DNA of 64,000 nucleotides from Octopus bimaculoides (Eukaryota), in NCBI RefSeq assembly GCF_001194135.2, contig NC_068990.1, forward strand, positions 55,381,370-55,445,369, in the 5' to 3' direction. Below, piece by piece: positions 21,512 through 31,559 of the stretch. Position 1 is the first letter of the stretch. Each line of letters begins with the position of its first letter. The position numbers were made by a program, and so were the translations under genes. A model generated the notes under the pieces. The model made no database searches. It was not told where the DNA came from and worked only from the letters and a program-made list of their open reading frames with translations.

Positions 21512-24114
21512 GAGTGAAAGAACACTGTATGCCATCAAAGTGACACTGGAGTAAAATATACGAAGCCCAGTATACCCATTATGACTACCCGTCTGATAAG
21601 GGTATACCAGGCATATGCATTACAACTATATGTGCACGACATGGTGATCTCATATCAAAGTAAACAGCGCATGACCTTGCAGGTAGGGCCCAGTTAGAAT
21701 TTTCTTCAGGTCAAGTAGCCCATCCCACTCAAAAGGTCTCTGAATAAGGGTTGTTTAAGGATGATGAACAAATCCCCATGTTTCCAAAGGTGAATTATTC
21801 AAACCCCAAAGAATTCCTTTCAAAACATGGCTATGATGCTCCCCCACTACTGCTTGTGATCAGAGATGCACATATCGTCAGCCACAAGGGTTACGGTCAA
21901 ATATCTGACAAACAAATCTGTGGTGTTGAGTAGAATATTTGCAATAGTCCATCTTTTATACCAAGACAAAATATGTACGGTAACACTTCCAATCAATTAA
22001 AATCAGAAGTCATGAGAGCCAGTGCCTGGTACTGTATTAGGGCATTTATTATTATTATTGCCTTTGCACAGCTTCTAACGCTGGAGATGTACTACAGTGT
22101 CAGCTGTTCACTACCAGTGAACTAAGGTAACACCTCTTCTTTTTCGAGCACCTACCAGAGTATTTGAGCGGCTCCAAGCAGTGCTATTTTCTGCAAGTGC
22201 TCCACCCTTATTGCAACCCTTATTTGTTCCACATACTTCTTGAGATTTTTACTCACTGTTCCCAGTGCTCTGACAATTATTGGTACTACTGCTACCTTTT
22301 TCATCGACCACAACTGATTAACTTCCCAAGCTAACCTGTCATATCTCTCAACTTTTCTTTCTTCCTTATCACATATGTTGTCGTCAACTGTGCATGCTAT
22401 GTCTATGATCCAGCATAGTTTGTTTTCTTTCTCAATTAAGACTATGTCCGGCTTCCTATTCTCTATCATGGTCGCACTGAATCATAAAATCCCATAGGAT
22501 CTACACATTACTATTTTCGACGATGCCTTCAGGTTTGTGGTCGTACCAATTTTTTGCTCTGTCAAGTCCATACTTGTTGCAAAGTGTCCAATAGGCAAGC
22601 CTGGCTATATTGTCGTGGTGTCTCTTATATTCCTTCTGGGCTAGTGGTGTACATTGGCTGGTAATATGTCATACGGTTTCACTTAATTTTGACTTAAAGA
22701 TCAGTCTCAGTCTGCATAAGTACTCCACCTTAAATTTTTCTGTCATTTCTTTCTCCATCAATTTATCCATTTCCAAAATCCCCAAACACTTATGGTCCGT
22801 CTCTTCTATCTGCTTCATAACTTCATAATCGTTAGCCCGTCCATACATTTGATTTTACCTCTCTTCAAGACTAACGCACCACACTTTCTCAGTCCAAACT
22901 CCATTCTGATATCAGCACTGAAAGTATACACCGTATCAATGAGGGAACTAACTTGAGCTTCATCTTTACCATAAAATTTGAGGTCGTCCATGAATAACAA
23001 ATGGTTGATTTTTTGTTGGCAGCTTTTGAATACATACCCAGCTTTTGCTTTCCTCAGAATCAGTGTTAGTGGTATCAAGCACAGTACAAAGATCAGTGGG
23101 GACAGGCAGTCCCCTTGGAAGATGCCCCTCCAAATTTCCACTGTCCCTAAACTTCTTCCATATGCTGTCAGGTCCGTCCTCCAATTCGCCATACTTTTCC
23201 CAAGCAATCGCTCAACATTCTATGCAATACCATATAGGTGCATACACTCCATAATCCAAGAATGTGGAATCATATTGTATGCCTTATGATAGTCAATCCA
23301 TGACATGGCTAAGTTACTTTTCCTCCTCTTCCAGTCTCTAAGTGCAGTTTTGGCTATCAGGAGTTGATCCTTGATTATTATTATTATTATTATTATTATT
23401 TAAAACAGTTCCTGTGAGTAGCCTGCAAAACTTTAAGTTGCATGGGGCTAAATCAACACTTTTTTTGAATAATAATATATATGTAACTCCTATTAATGCC
23501 ATTATTTTAACATCCACTTTTCCATGGTCACCTGCAATTTTTTTGAGGCAGATTTTCTACAGCCAGATGCCCTTCCTGTTGCCAACCCTCACCTGTTTCT
23601 AAGCAAGGCAATATTTCTCTATGGCCAGACATGATGTTGCTGAATATTGGAGATGAATGACACTGCTTATATGACAGTGACAATCATTTTACAACTATCA
23701 TGCGATGTAAAGACAAGGAAACACAAATGTACATACTCTCACACCTAAACACACACACACACATGTACGATGGCTTGATTTCAGTTTCTGTCTACCAAAT
23801 ACACTCAAGGCATGAATGGGTTGGATGTAATGCTGATGAAACAGCAATAACTCTTGAAATATGTGTATACACCTATTACACACACACACACTGATGCACT
23901 AAACACATTAACCTTCTATTTCCTTCTCTCAAATATTATTGCTTTCTTCAAAACTGCTTATTTTCAATTTATTCTTTCAGATGGTGATATTAAAGAACTA
24001 CTGCCAGACAAAACTCCCCTGATTGCTTCAGAGGAATTGCTTCATCTCCAACAAGATGATAATTTCTTATTTTTGTTAGAAACAATATATGAGCAAGTCT
24101 ATCACATTGTATGA
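1..24114 (+). CDS. NUP133: Nuclear pore complex protein Nup133, 3' part (last 12 coding exons; 5' part lies outside the window)
   Basis: Exons 1-230, 1975-2108, 4310-4349, 6485-6597, 7587-7646, 9606-9672, 11072-11133, 12794-12850, 16315-16395, 18616-18683, 21386-21468 and 23981-24114 join in frame with GT-AG boundaries and compatible phases. The peptide (DILLDGYTSQL..AASLAEKYYDFNTL..GKRGKLL..ARKKTLLSMAKL..LYIHEDN..FKMALDL..DDPLE..YEQVYHIV*) is collinear with the human Nup133 C-terminus as I recall it. Confidence 0.95.
313..536 (+). mobile_element. tRNA-derived SINE with Meta-domain-like core
   Basis: TGGTAGAATCATTAG A-box-like and GAGTTCAAAT B-box-like motifs, then GACTTTGCCTTT...ATAAAACAAGTACCAG; homologous copies at 19040-19550, 19681-19830, 37425-37650, 41720-41860 and 49960-50135. 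Confidence 0.75.
541..993 (+). mobile_element. tRNA-derived SINE (shared head with CORE-like body, tail type 1)
   Basis: A box GTGGCTATGTGG, B box GGGTTCAGTCC, ACCTTGGGCAAGT, internal microsatellite, tail ending GACTGAAACAAGTAAAAG; about 20 copies or fragments in the window. Confidence 0.85.
1975..2108 (+). CDS. NUP133: NUP133 exon
   Basis: ttttag acceptor; (M)NHQEYAKAASLAEKYYDFNTLAKVC...FVHK; donor GTAGGT. Confidence 0.92.
2330..2545 (+). mobile_element. RTE-clade LINE C-terminal remnant
   Basis: Translates as ELPGRRSTGRPRMK*LDNI...ASDRILW, the typical RTE ORF end (GRP..W.D.I...A.DR..W). Confidence 0.65.
2854..4035 (-). mobile_element. piggyBac transposon relic with TTAA-flanked TIRs and decayed transposase (about 3228-3800, minus strand)
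   Basis: TTAA|CCC at 2850-2856 and GGG|TTAA at 4033-4039. Frameshifted peptide PLDYF..FENVTEETNKY..NDPLWQPTYTAEMRAF..ISSIISKTRYSKISQYLHLTD..DNPLYKVHPVID is typical of the piggyBac N-terminal core. Confidence 0.85.
4310..4349 (+). CDS. NUP133: NUP133 exon (40 nt)
   Basis: tttcag acceptor; GFRESMYNYYLNM(G); donor GTAAGT. Confidence 0.88.
4590..4830 (+). mobile_element. RTE-like (GAT)n-tailed SINE/LINE 3' module
   Basis: AGGAAGGGCATCCAGCTGTA...CCAACC..GCATGGAAAA..GTT..(GAT)n; related copies at 6887-7100, 10040-10255, 17585-17780, 24900-25300, 28250-28680, 39810-40030, 52330-52520, 54470-54685 and 57000-57300. Confidence 0.75.
6485..6597 (+). CDS. NUP133: NUP133 exon
   Basis: ttccag acceptor; (G)KRGKLLTMP...SISWLMDIETQDYFS; donor GTAAGT. 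Confidence 0.9.
7587..7646 (+). CDS. NUP133: NUP133 exon
   Basis: ttacag acceptor; AYETLINLAMEEKKFVARKK; donor GTAAAC. Confidence 0.9.
9323..9520 (+). mobile_element. mariner-derived MITE
   Basis: TIRs GGTGCTGAAAAGTTTCTGG / CCAGGAACTTTTCAGCACC; internal peptide LKDHCNKCVSLRGD*IE* matches the mariner transposase C-terminus. Confidence 0.75.
9606..9672 (+). CDS. NUP133: NUP133 exon
   Basis: ttgtag acceptor; TLLSMAKLCLLCTDNADPNLIS; donor GTGTGT is weak but its phase fits the next exon. Confidence 0.83.
11072..11133 (+). CDS. NUP133: NUP133 exon
   Basis: ttgcag acceptor; (E)INAEQALITHQELIPQEVFQ; donor GTAAAT. Confidence 0.9.
11150..11360 (+). repeat. Unclassified interspersed repeat (probably a DNA-transposon MITE)
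   Basis: GTGTAAACATTCAAACATC..CTGCATTTT..GTAAATTTTGGTCTGAAAA recurs at 53110-53300 and 56310-56490. Confidence 0.55.
12794..12850 (+). CDS. NUP133: NUP133 exon
   Basis: ttctag acceptor; STCIDPNNMRVLLPHEMIQ; donor GTCAGT. Confidence 0.87.
12908..13241 (+). mobile_element. tRNA-derived SINE of another family, flanked by a 37-bp direct repeat
   Basis: TGGCTTAGTGG A box, B-box-like AGTTTGATTC, TCTTGGGCAAAACACTT core, (CTTTAC)n tail; a homolog lies at about 63405-63620. Confidence 0.75.
13770..14320 (-). mobile_element. RTE-clade LINE reverse transcriptase fragment
   Basis: YKAIKNMKTEKA..AEILK..IPNDW..KGKGDSLERSNYRIIKLLDQIMKYIERV..MQFDFVPGRSTSD..VNLEKIFNRVP..IWW. Confidence 0.88.
16315..16395 (+). 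CDS. NUP133: NUP133 exon
   Basis: tgacag acceptor; LYIHEDNLQATEYHFKMALDLISFVKQ; donor GTATGT. Confidence 0.92.
16647..17044. mobile_element. hAT/Charlie-type MITE with 8-bp TSD GTCTAAAG and a nested piggyBac MITE (16669-16907)
   Basis: TSD at 16639-16646 and 17045-17052; degenerate TIRs CAGTGGTTATCAACC / GGTTGAGAACTATGG; inner element TTAA|CCCTTTAGCATT...AATGCTAAAGGG. Confidence 0.72.
18616..18683 (+). CDS. NUP133: NUP133 exon
   Basis: ttctag acceptor; KEADIDCQALFYHIWAQSILRN; donor GTGAGT. Confidence 0.87.
19040..19830. mobile_element. Cluster of Meta-domain-like SINE copies (three minus, one plus)
   Basis: Repeated AGAATCATTA..AAATGCT..GAGTTCAAATTC..GACTTTGCCTTTCATCCT..AAGTACC units. Confidence 0.75.
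19927..20870 (+). mobile_element. mariner transposon, internally deleted
   Basis: TIRs CAAAAAGTTCCC(A/G)GACTAGTT at both ends; HTH region RANVKFCVKLGKSATET..CFEWHRCFKSGR..EDDERFGRP; C-terminal HDNNAPCH..PDLAPEDFHLF. Confidence 0.88.
21386..21468 (+). CDS. NUP133: NUP133 exon
   Basis: ttacag acceptor; (N)WARRSDDPLEDCTSKLFYKIISLILKQ; donor GTGAGT. Confidence 0.9.
21481..22045 (-). mobile_element. Non-coding (TAA)n-tailed element of about 540 bp
   Basis: Bounded by (ATT)n tracts at 21481-21510 and 22046-22058; no credible ORF; directly abuts the R4/Dong copy. Confidence 0.5.
22046..23372 (-). mobile_element. R4/Dong-clade non-LTR retrotransposon (5'-truncated, internally deleted)
   Basis: RT motifs KDQLLI..WIDYHKAYNMIPHSW..RGIFQGDCLSPLIF..INHLLFMDDLK; zinc-knuckle remnant ETV*HITSQC; restriction-like endonuclease RKPDIV..IIDIAC..KVERYDRL; (TAA)n at both ends. 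Confidence 0.9.
23981..24114 (+). CDS. NUP133: NUP133 terminal coding exon
   Basis: ctttcag acceptor; (N)GDIKELLPDK...NFLFLLETIYEQVYHIV*; stop TGA at 24112-24114. Confidence 0.92.
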
Positions 24115-24214
24115 AATAGTTGTCGAGGAGTTAAAGGTTATTATTCGCTGTAAAGAAATTTTATTTATATGTACATATTTATGTTTATTTGAATGTATGT
24201 ATATATTTTTATGT

Positions 24215-24263
<49 letters not shown>

Positions 24264-24776
24264 NNNNNNNNNNNNNNNNNNNNNNNNNNNNNNNNNNNNN
24301 NNNNNNNNNNNNNNNNNNNNNNNNNNNNNNNNNNNNNNNNNNNNNNNNNNNNNNNNNNNNNNNNNNNNNNNCGATTTCTAACAGTTTTTGTGCGTTTCTT
24401 AAATGGCTTATAGACACCTTCCATGCTGCAATTGTTTTCGTTCCAGCATACGATCTCAGATCAGCTTGCTTGCTAGGCAAGTACATCTCCGTAATACAAT
24501 ACAAATGTGGAATATTTTTTTTATAACTGAAGAGCTCCACTGAGTACACTGAGTTGCTTGTATCTGATTACTAGCTGATAAACCAAGCCTGGTTTTCTCT
24601 TGAATGTATATATGTGTGTATAAAACAAATGATAGACAGGAAAGGGAATATATGAGAAACTTGCAACAATTGATTCAACCCATCTTATATCGATCCTTGA
24701 TACTGTACAACTGGTCGTAGTGCATCCTTGGTGCAAACACATCTTGTCAGGTGATGTTATAGGAGATATCTCATTA

Positions 24777-24782
24777 AATAAA
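24777..24782 (+). terminator. Candidate NUP133 polyadenylation signal AATAAA
   Basis: First canonical hexamer in the visible sequence after the stop codon (a 108-nt gap intervenes); it lies inside a repeat. Confidence 0.3.
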
Positions 24783-24800
24783 CTCTGTTTTGCACATACA

Positions 24801-24855
<55 letters not shown>

Positions 24856-26254
24856 CTTTCTCTTTCTCTCTCTCTAGCTGAGTAATCATGTACCTCCTCT
24901 ATAGCAAGATACCTTTTTCTGTCTCTCTGTCTTACTCTAACCTTTCATCATCTGACATAAGATCCTCTCTTCCAATTTCCCCTCTCCTCTCAAAATTCCT
25001 TGCTTTGCAAGTTACTTGGTGTACCCTGCTGGTGCTACATGAAAAGCTTCCAGTCCACACTGTAAAGTGGTTTGTGTTTGGAAGGGCATCCAGCTGCAAA
25101 ACCCATGCCAAAACTGATCTTGCTTCTGCTGGTACCACATAAAAAGCACTCAGTCCTCTCTGCGGAGTGGTTGGTGCTAGGAAGGTCATAAAGCCGTAAA
25201 ACCCCTGCCAAAACAGACACAGTAGCCTTCTGCTTGACTGACTCCTGTCAAGTCATCCAACCCATACTTGCATGCAAGGTGGATGTTAAACGATAATGAT
25301 ATACATTTTTGTGTATACGCATATGTAAGTGTATGTTGTGATATTTGTATGTGAGTACCATAGTCACTAATAGATTTGCGGCCAACTAAAACTCCTGTCC
25401 TAGTCAGCTGGAACCACCGGTGCCTTGGGTCACAGTGGGATACAAGAATGGGTAGGACATTTATCAAAGAGTTTAATGACATCTACTTAACTGTGCATAT
25501 GAGAGAGTGTGTGTGTGTGTACATGATTGCAAGTGTGGGTATGGAAGTAACTATATATGGGTACTGATGCACATAATGTTTTACTTTGTGTGTTTTATTT
25601 TTCTTAATAAACTCCCTGTCTTTGTCTGTAAGGTCACAATGGAATCTGTTTTTTGCCATTCCTGCCCAACAGCTTAAACATAGTCACTAATGATATGCTA
25701 GATTAAAACTGAGCAAAACAGAGTTTATTTAATGAGATGCATCTGCACTGAGGGATGCACCACAACCAGTTGCACAGTTTCCCACCTGCAAGAGATCGAT
25801 GCAAGATGAGTTGAAATGATCGTTGTTAGCAATAAAGTTCCTCGTATATTCCATTTACCATCTCTATCATTTGTTATATACTCACTGAGGAATTCCTGAG
25901 GTAGATCCAGCGACAATTGTGTAAATACCATGGATGACGTCAGGTAGCCATAAGCAGTGAATGTGCTTCATCGGCTTTCTATTAGAAACATACCCCACAC
26001 TTAAATATTTACTTATATACATACATACATATAAAGAAATTAGAATGACAAAAGAATGAGAAATTATGTCATGAATTTCATTAGCTTACAGCTGTTTCTG
26101 CTACAAGATGTAATCCACTAATAGTTGAATGCATGTGTATGACTCTTTGAAGCTCTGATGAAGCTATATAGGNNNNNNNNNNCTTTCTATTAGAAACATA
26201 CCCCACACTTAAATATTTACTTATATACATACATACATATAAAGAAATTAGAAT

Positions 26255-26465
26255 GACAAAAGAATGAGAAATTATGTCATGAATTTCATTAGCTTACAGC
26301 TGTTTCTGCTACAAGATGTAATCCACTAATAGTTGAATGCATGTGTATGACTCTTTGAAGCTCTGATGAAGCTATATAGGTTGACACACAAGCATTCAAC
26401 TATAAGTGGATTACATCTTATAGGAGAAACAGTTATAAGCTAAATTCATGACTAATTTCTTATTA
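26255..26465. repeat. Fold-back (long inverted repeat) element carrying hammerhead-like motifs; probably Penelope-related
   Basis: Arms of about 90 bp at 26258-26350 and 26381-26465; relatives at 12470-12565 and 27505-27700. Confidence 0.7.
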
Positions 26466-26577
26466 CTGCTCTGTATGCTATTGATGTTTGTTCTGAAGTG
26501 TATGTATATTGGGTTTTAACACCAGGTCATTAGTACCACTATGCCTAAGCAAAATTACATATATATATATATATATA

Positions 26578-27441
26578 CAGGGTGTGATGGGTAAATTGTC
26601 GTCATTTTATATTTTTAATTTTGCGCATGTGAATGGTTTTTTTTAATTTTGTCAACTACACAGTATAGTAGGGTCACTTAGGCACTGTCTGTGAAAAAAC
26701 AGCACTATGGTGCAATTCACTCTGCTAGAAATTTGGAAACGACATGCTATACTGCTTGGCATTTGCACAGGAAGTTCCAATATGAACATTTCAGAGTATT
26801 TGGGTGTCAGTCTGAGGACATGTACTGAGAGCAATAAAAATCAGACATCCAGTCAACATCATGGTGTATGGAGTGATTAGTGGTGATGGCGACGTTATAC
26901 TTCCATTCGTCTTTCCACATGGCCTCAGACTCAACATGAAGGTCTACATCAAGTGCCTGGAGGGGGTTGTGCTACCCTTGGTTAAGAGGTTGACTGTTGG
27001 AAGACCCTATGTCTGGCAACAGGACTCTGCACCATGCCACACAAGCAGGAGAAGCCAATCATTACTGTCAAACAATTTCTGCGACCACATCACCCCTAAC
27101 ACGTGGCCACCTAACTTTCCAGACTGTAACCCCTTTGATTATGTGTGGGGCACAGTTGAATGAGAGACCAATAAAACTCCTTGTAACACCAAAGATGAAC
27201 TGAAGGCAAGGATTATGGCAGTATTCATCAACTTAAACAAGGAGACTGTCCAGAAGAGTTGCAGGAGATTCCAAAGTTGTCTGGAGGCCATGGTTGAAGC
27301 CAATGGTGATTTTATTGAATGAATTTACTCTTCAGTATTTCAAGATATTTTTATGTAATTTTGGTAAATATATCTGTTAAAATGACATGTCAGTGTTATT
27401 TCATTTTTGCGTAATTTAGACGACAGTTTATTCACCACACC

Positions 27442-27444
<3 letters not shown>
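26578..27444 (+). mobile_element. Tc1/mariner DD37D (maT-type) transposon relic
   Basis: TIRs CAGGGTGTG..TAAA..GTCGTC / GACGAC..TTTA..CACACCCTG inside (TA)n; WQQDSAPCHTS...WPPNFPDCNPFDY has 37 residues between the two Asp. Confidence 0.9.
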
Positions 27445-27514
<70 letters not shown>

Positions 27515-29374
27515 TGACACAAAAGAATAAGAAATTCTGCCATAAACTTCATCAGCTTACAGCTGTTTCTGCTGTAAGATGCAATCCAGTCAAAGTTAAA
27601 TGCTTGTGTATCACCCTTTGAAGCTATAGTTTGACACATAAGCATTGAAGCTGTAAGGTAATAAAGTTCATGACATATTTCTTATTCTTTCATGTTATTC
27701 CAAATTCTTATGTACTCTGACTCTATACACTTCTAATACAAGTGTGGATTAAGCAGTTTTTATGATTTTGTACAAACAGAATAAAGGTAAAACAATGTAC
27801 ATGGTCCCCCATATTTTTTCCATTTCAGCTGATTTTCTCTTTTTTCATCTCCTTCAGTTGAAATGTGATATAAGATTTGCCGAATTGTCTGAACATAAAT
27901 AACACAATGTGATTTCATCTCAAAAATACTGAATTCATTTAAATTCCACTTATTTCGTCATAAAAATATTTTAAAATGTATATTTCTTTGTCTTGTTTCC
28001 TTTTCTAAATTATGTGCTGTGTGAACGTGTATTGAGTGAAAAAAAATGGTTATCATTTTATCGTTTATGTATTTCAGACAGTGGCTGTACTGGAAGAGTT
28101 TTTAGTTGAATGAAACTACCCCAGTACTTAATTTTTTAAAGTCTGCTATTTATTCTGTTGGTTGCTTTCGCCAAGCCACTAAGTTACAGGGACATAAACA
28201 CCAATGCTGGTTGTCAAGTAATGGTGGGGGACAAACAGAGATATATATCATCGCCATCATTTAATGTCTGTCTTCCATGCAAGCATGGGTTGGATGGTTC
28301 GACAGGAGCCAGCCAGGCAGGTGCCTGCACCAGACGTCTGTGTCTGTCTTGGCAGGGTTTTTATGACTGGATGCACTCCCTAACACCAAGCACTCCATAG
28401 AGTGGAGCGAGTGCTTTTTACATGGCACCAGCACAGGCGAGGTCAGTTTTGGCGTTGGTTTTACAGCTGGATGCCCTTCCAAATGCCAACCACTTCAGTG
28501 TGTACTAGATGCTTTCTATGTGGCACCAGCACTGGCAGAATCATCAAGTGGAGGGGAGGGGGCATTGGAAAAGGTGACCCTGTGTTGGATGATGAAAGGT
28601 TAGAATGTGACAGAGAGGCAGAAACAGGTGTCTTGCTATAGAGGAGTTACTTGGTTACCTAACCAGATGGAAGAGCAAGGTATATATACATGTATGGCAG
28701 GCTTCTCTCAGTTTCTATCTACCAGATCCACTCACAAGGCTTTGTGGTCAGCCCGAAGCTATAGTAAAAGACACTTGCCTGAGGTGCCAAGCAGTGGGAT
28801 TGAACCTAGAAGCATGTAGTTGAGCCACTACCATAAACATTTTTGCCATTAGAAAATTCACTTTGAAAAAAAAGGGTGGTGTGCAATTAGCTGTTTTCTT
28901 AAAATGGCAACTTCATGAACTATCCTACCAATTAGAGAAAGGTAATTTTTTCAAAATAAGTTATCTAGTTTATAGTCTGCTTATGTGCTTCCTTTATGGT
29001 GAAATTTTCCCACAACAAAAATGCTTGCAGTGAATTTAATGGTCATGAAAAAATATAGGGTAGATAAATATAAAAAATTAGAACATATGGTAAAAAGTAA
29101 AAAGATTGAAGTGAAAAAAAGATTAGTCAACACAATAACAATGGTTGAGTACAGTTGTGTAACCCATTAGCGTTCCAATTACTTTATCAAATGTAATACT
29201 TATTTGCATTGTTTTGAATTAATCATGCATTGTCTCATAGCCTTTAGATTTTAATAACCTGATTATCTATTTTTAGAATGATATTGTAGGTGGGAATAAA
29301 TATTACCTTTTGGTATGAAGACTGCCTCTGTCACTAATATATATATAAATTATCTTATCTTTTATTTGTTTGTC

Positions 29375-29539
29375 ATTAGACTGTGGCACCGCCTTGAAGA
29401 ATTTTTGTTGAATCAACCCCAGGACTTTTTTTTAAAGCCTAGTACTTATTTTATCGATCTCTTTTGCCAAACCACTAAGTTACAGGAAAGTAAAAACACC
29501 AACACTGGTTGTCAAGCTGTGGTGGGGAAACAAAGAAAG

Positions 29540-29572
<33 letters not shown>

Positions 29573-29745
29573 CGTATATATATATACACACACAATGGGC
29601 TTTCAGTTTCCATCTACGAAATCCACTCACAAGGCTTTGGTTGACTCAAGGTCATAGTAGAAGACACTTGCCCAAGGTGCTATACAGTGGGACTGAGCCT
29701 GGACCCAAATAGTTAGGAAGCAAACTTTTTACCTCATACCCATTT
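29375..29745 (-). mobile_element. tRNA-derived SINE, shared head with tail type 1
   Basis: Reverse complement of the 541-993 family. Confidence 0.75.
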
Positions 29746-29976
29746 AAATACTATCTTAGCATCTCCAGTTGCTCCATTGATCTCGACTTGATGATTATCA
29801 TATAACAACTTATTGCAGATTCTGTAATAACATTGCTATTACTTTATTAAAGTGGGTATTAAATGTGCTTAAGGGAACAAAGCAACAAACTAAAATAATT
29901 TCTGTATTTAGTTTCATCTACTCTGTTGAAAATTCTAAATCTGCTGCAGGTCAATATCATGTCTACTGGTGATGTA

Positions 29977-30184
29977 CAGGGTGTCCACAAAGTCTGGCTA
30001 TATGGAATAAATAAAATCATAACATAAACAAATATAAGAAATAATAATTTTTTAAAGTATGTGTTAATCCCCATGTGGGTACATGGAGTAAATAAGATCA
30101 TAATATAAACAATTAAATATAAGAAATAATAATTTCTTAAAGTATGTGTTAATCCCCATGTACCCAGACTTTGTGGACACCCTG
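29977..30184. mobile_element. Tc1/mariner-type MITE with an internal tandem duplication
   Basis: Perfect 21-bp TIR CAGGGTGTCCACAAAGTCTGG / CCAGACTTTGTGGACACCCTG, preceded by TA; two internal copies of a unit of about 85 bp. Confidence 0.85.
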
Positions 30185-31559
30185 TTGAATATCTCATATC
30201 TACATAAATTGGGTTTTGTACCCAGATAAGAAACTGATATTACTTCAGGCCAATGGTAAAGCTGCTATGTAGTTACTCAGAAATAGCAGACAAATACCCA
30301 TCTTTAAAAAAGGAAAAAGTCTCTGGATAATGTGGTCCTCAATACATTGTCTGAAAAGTAAAAGATATTCACAGCTCATTGATATCACAACCTGCTGCAG
30401 TGTTCAGACCAGCTACTAACTTTATAAGAAAATTCTTTTACTATTATTTTTAAATTTTAGAATATTCTGTAAATATATCACTAGTTATACAGTTGAAGTC
30501 AGATTAAAGTTGTGATTAACACCTTTTCTAATTAGTTGAATTGGTACGCCTTAGGGAATCTTTTGTTATATTGACTGATTAAAAAGCAGCTTATATATCC
30601 ATATTCTAACAGATATGACCTATTTCCCCTTCACTTTATACATACCAATCCAAACTGAAGTGTTCTTTTCCGAAGTTATATATGTTTGTCCAAATGGATT
30701 CTGTTGATATGAACAATATTGAAAAGTTTTACTACTGAAATTGTAAATTTTTTACCATTCATAACAACTGATATTACTTTGATTAATAGCTTGGGAAATT
30801 AAAAAAAAAATCATAACATCCAATAAAGGTGTTTCCATTGAAGCAGGGTATGGTACAAAGTTTCTTGGAGTGTTTCTTAACCAGAAAATCCCCAATCAGT
30901 TCCATACACTCAGGAGCATGGGATACAGTTTTTAAAATAATTTTCTATAAATAAACATCACAGAATCTTTATGGTTTTATTTTTTGTTCTGCTCTTGGTT
31001 ATCCATATGGGAAATTATTTAAAACTACTGACATTATTTTCAAAGTTATACTAATATCCACTAGCACTGTTGATAATGATGGTGATGATTTCAGCAGTCT
31101 GAAAAGGGTATGGAGTGTCATTATCATTATCGTCATTTTTATACTTAGTTTTCTGGTGTTGTTTTAGGTTTGATGAGACTTATTGAGGCAGTATTCTGTG
31201 GCTTAACGCTCATCTTGTTTACCAACTCTTGTTTTTCACCACAAATTATAACCCTTTTTCAACTCTTTATAAAAGAGAAACAATGGCCATAACCTTTGCA
31301 GGTTCTCTGATTCTGGTGAGATTGAAGTAGTTAATATTCAGTCTGAACTTCTGTAGAACTGTGTAAGTAAAACAGACGAGGCAGCAAAGAGAAGACAATA
31401 TATCTGTGAGCTTGCAATTGAAGTTTGTCAGTGATTGAGTCTTTGCTAACTAGTTGAATGGCCTTTTGTTTTTAGTCTACAATGTTAGTCTCACCATCCT
31501 ATGGTTGTAAGAACTCCAAGATTGGTCTTACTTGAGCTTTGTCTAAAGTTTGTGACTAA

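Noticed and set aside
24525-24560. CTGAAGA-GCTC-cact-GAGT hairpin
   Set aside because: It lacks GAAA after stem II and is too degenerate to call a hammerhead.
25725-25931. 68-aa minus-strand ORF in the intergenic region
   Set aside because: It lies inside a repeat that has a second diverged copy at 24615-24793, and shows no recognisable protein motif.
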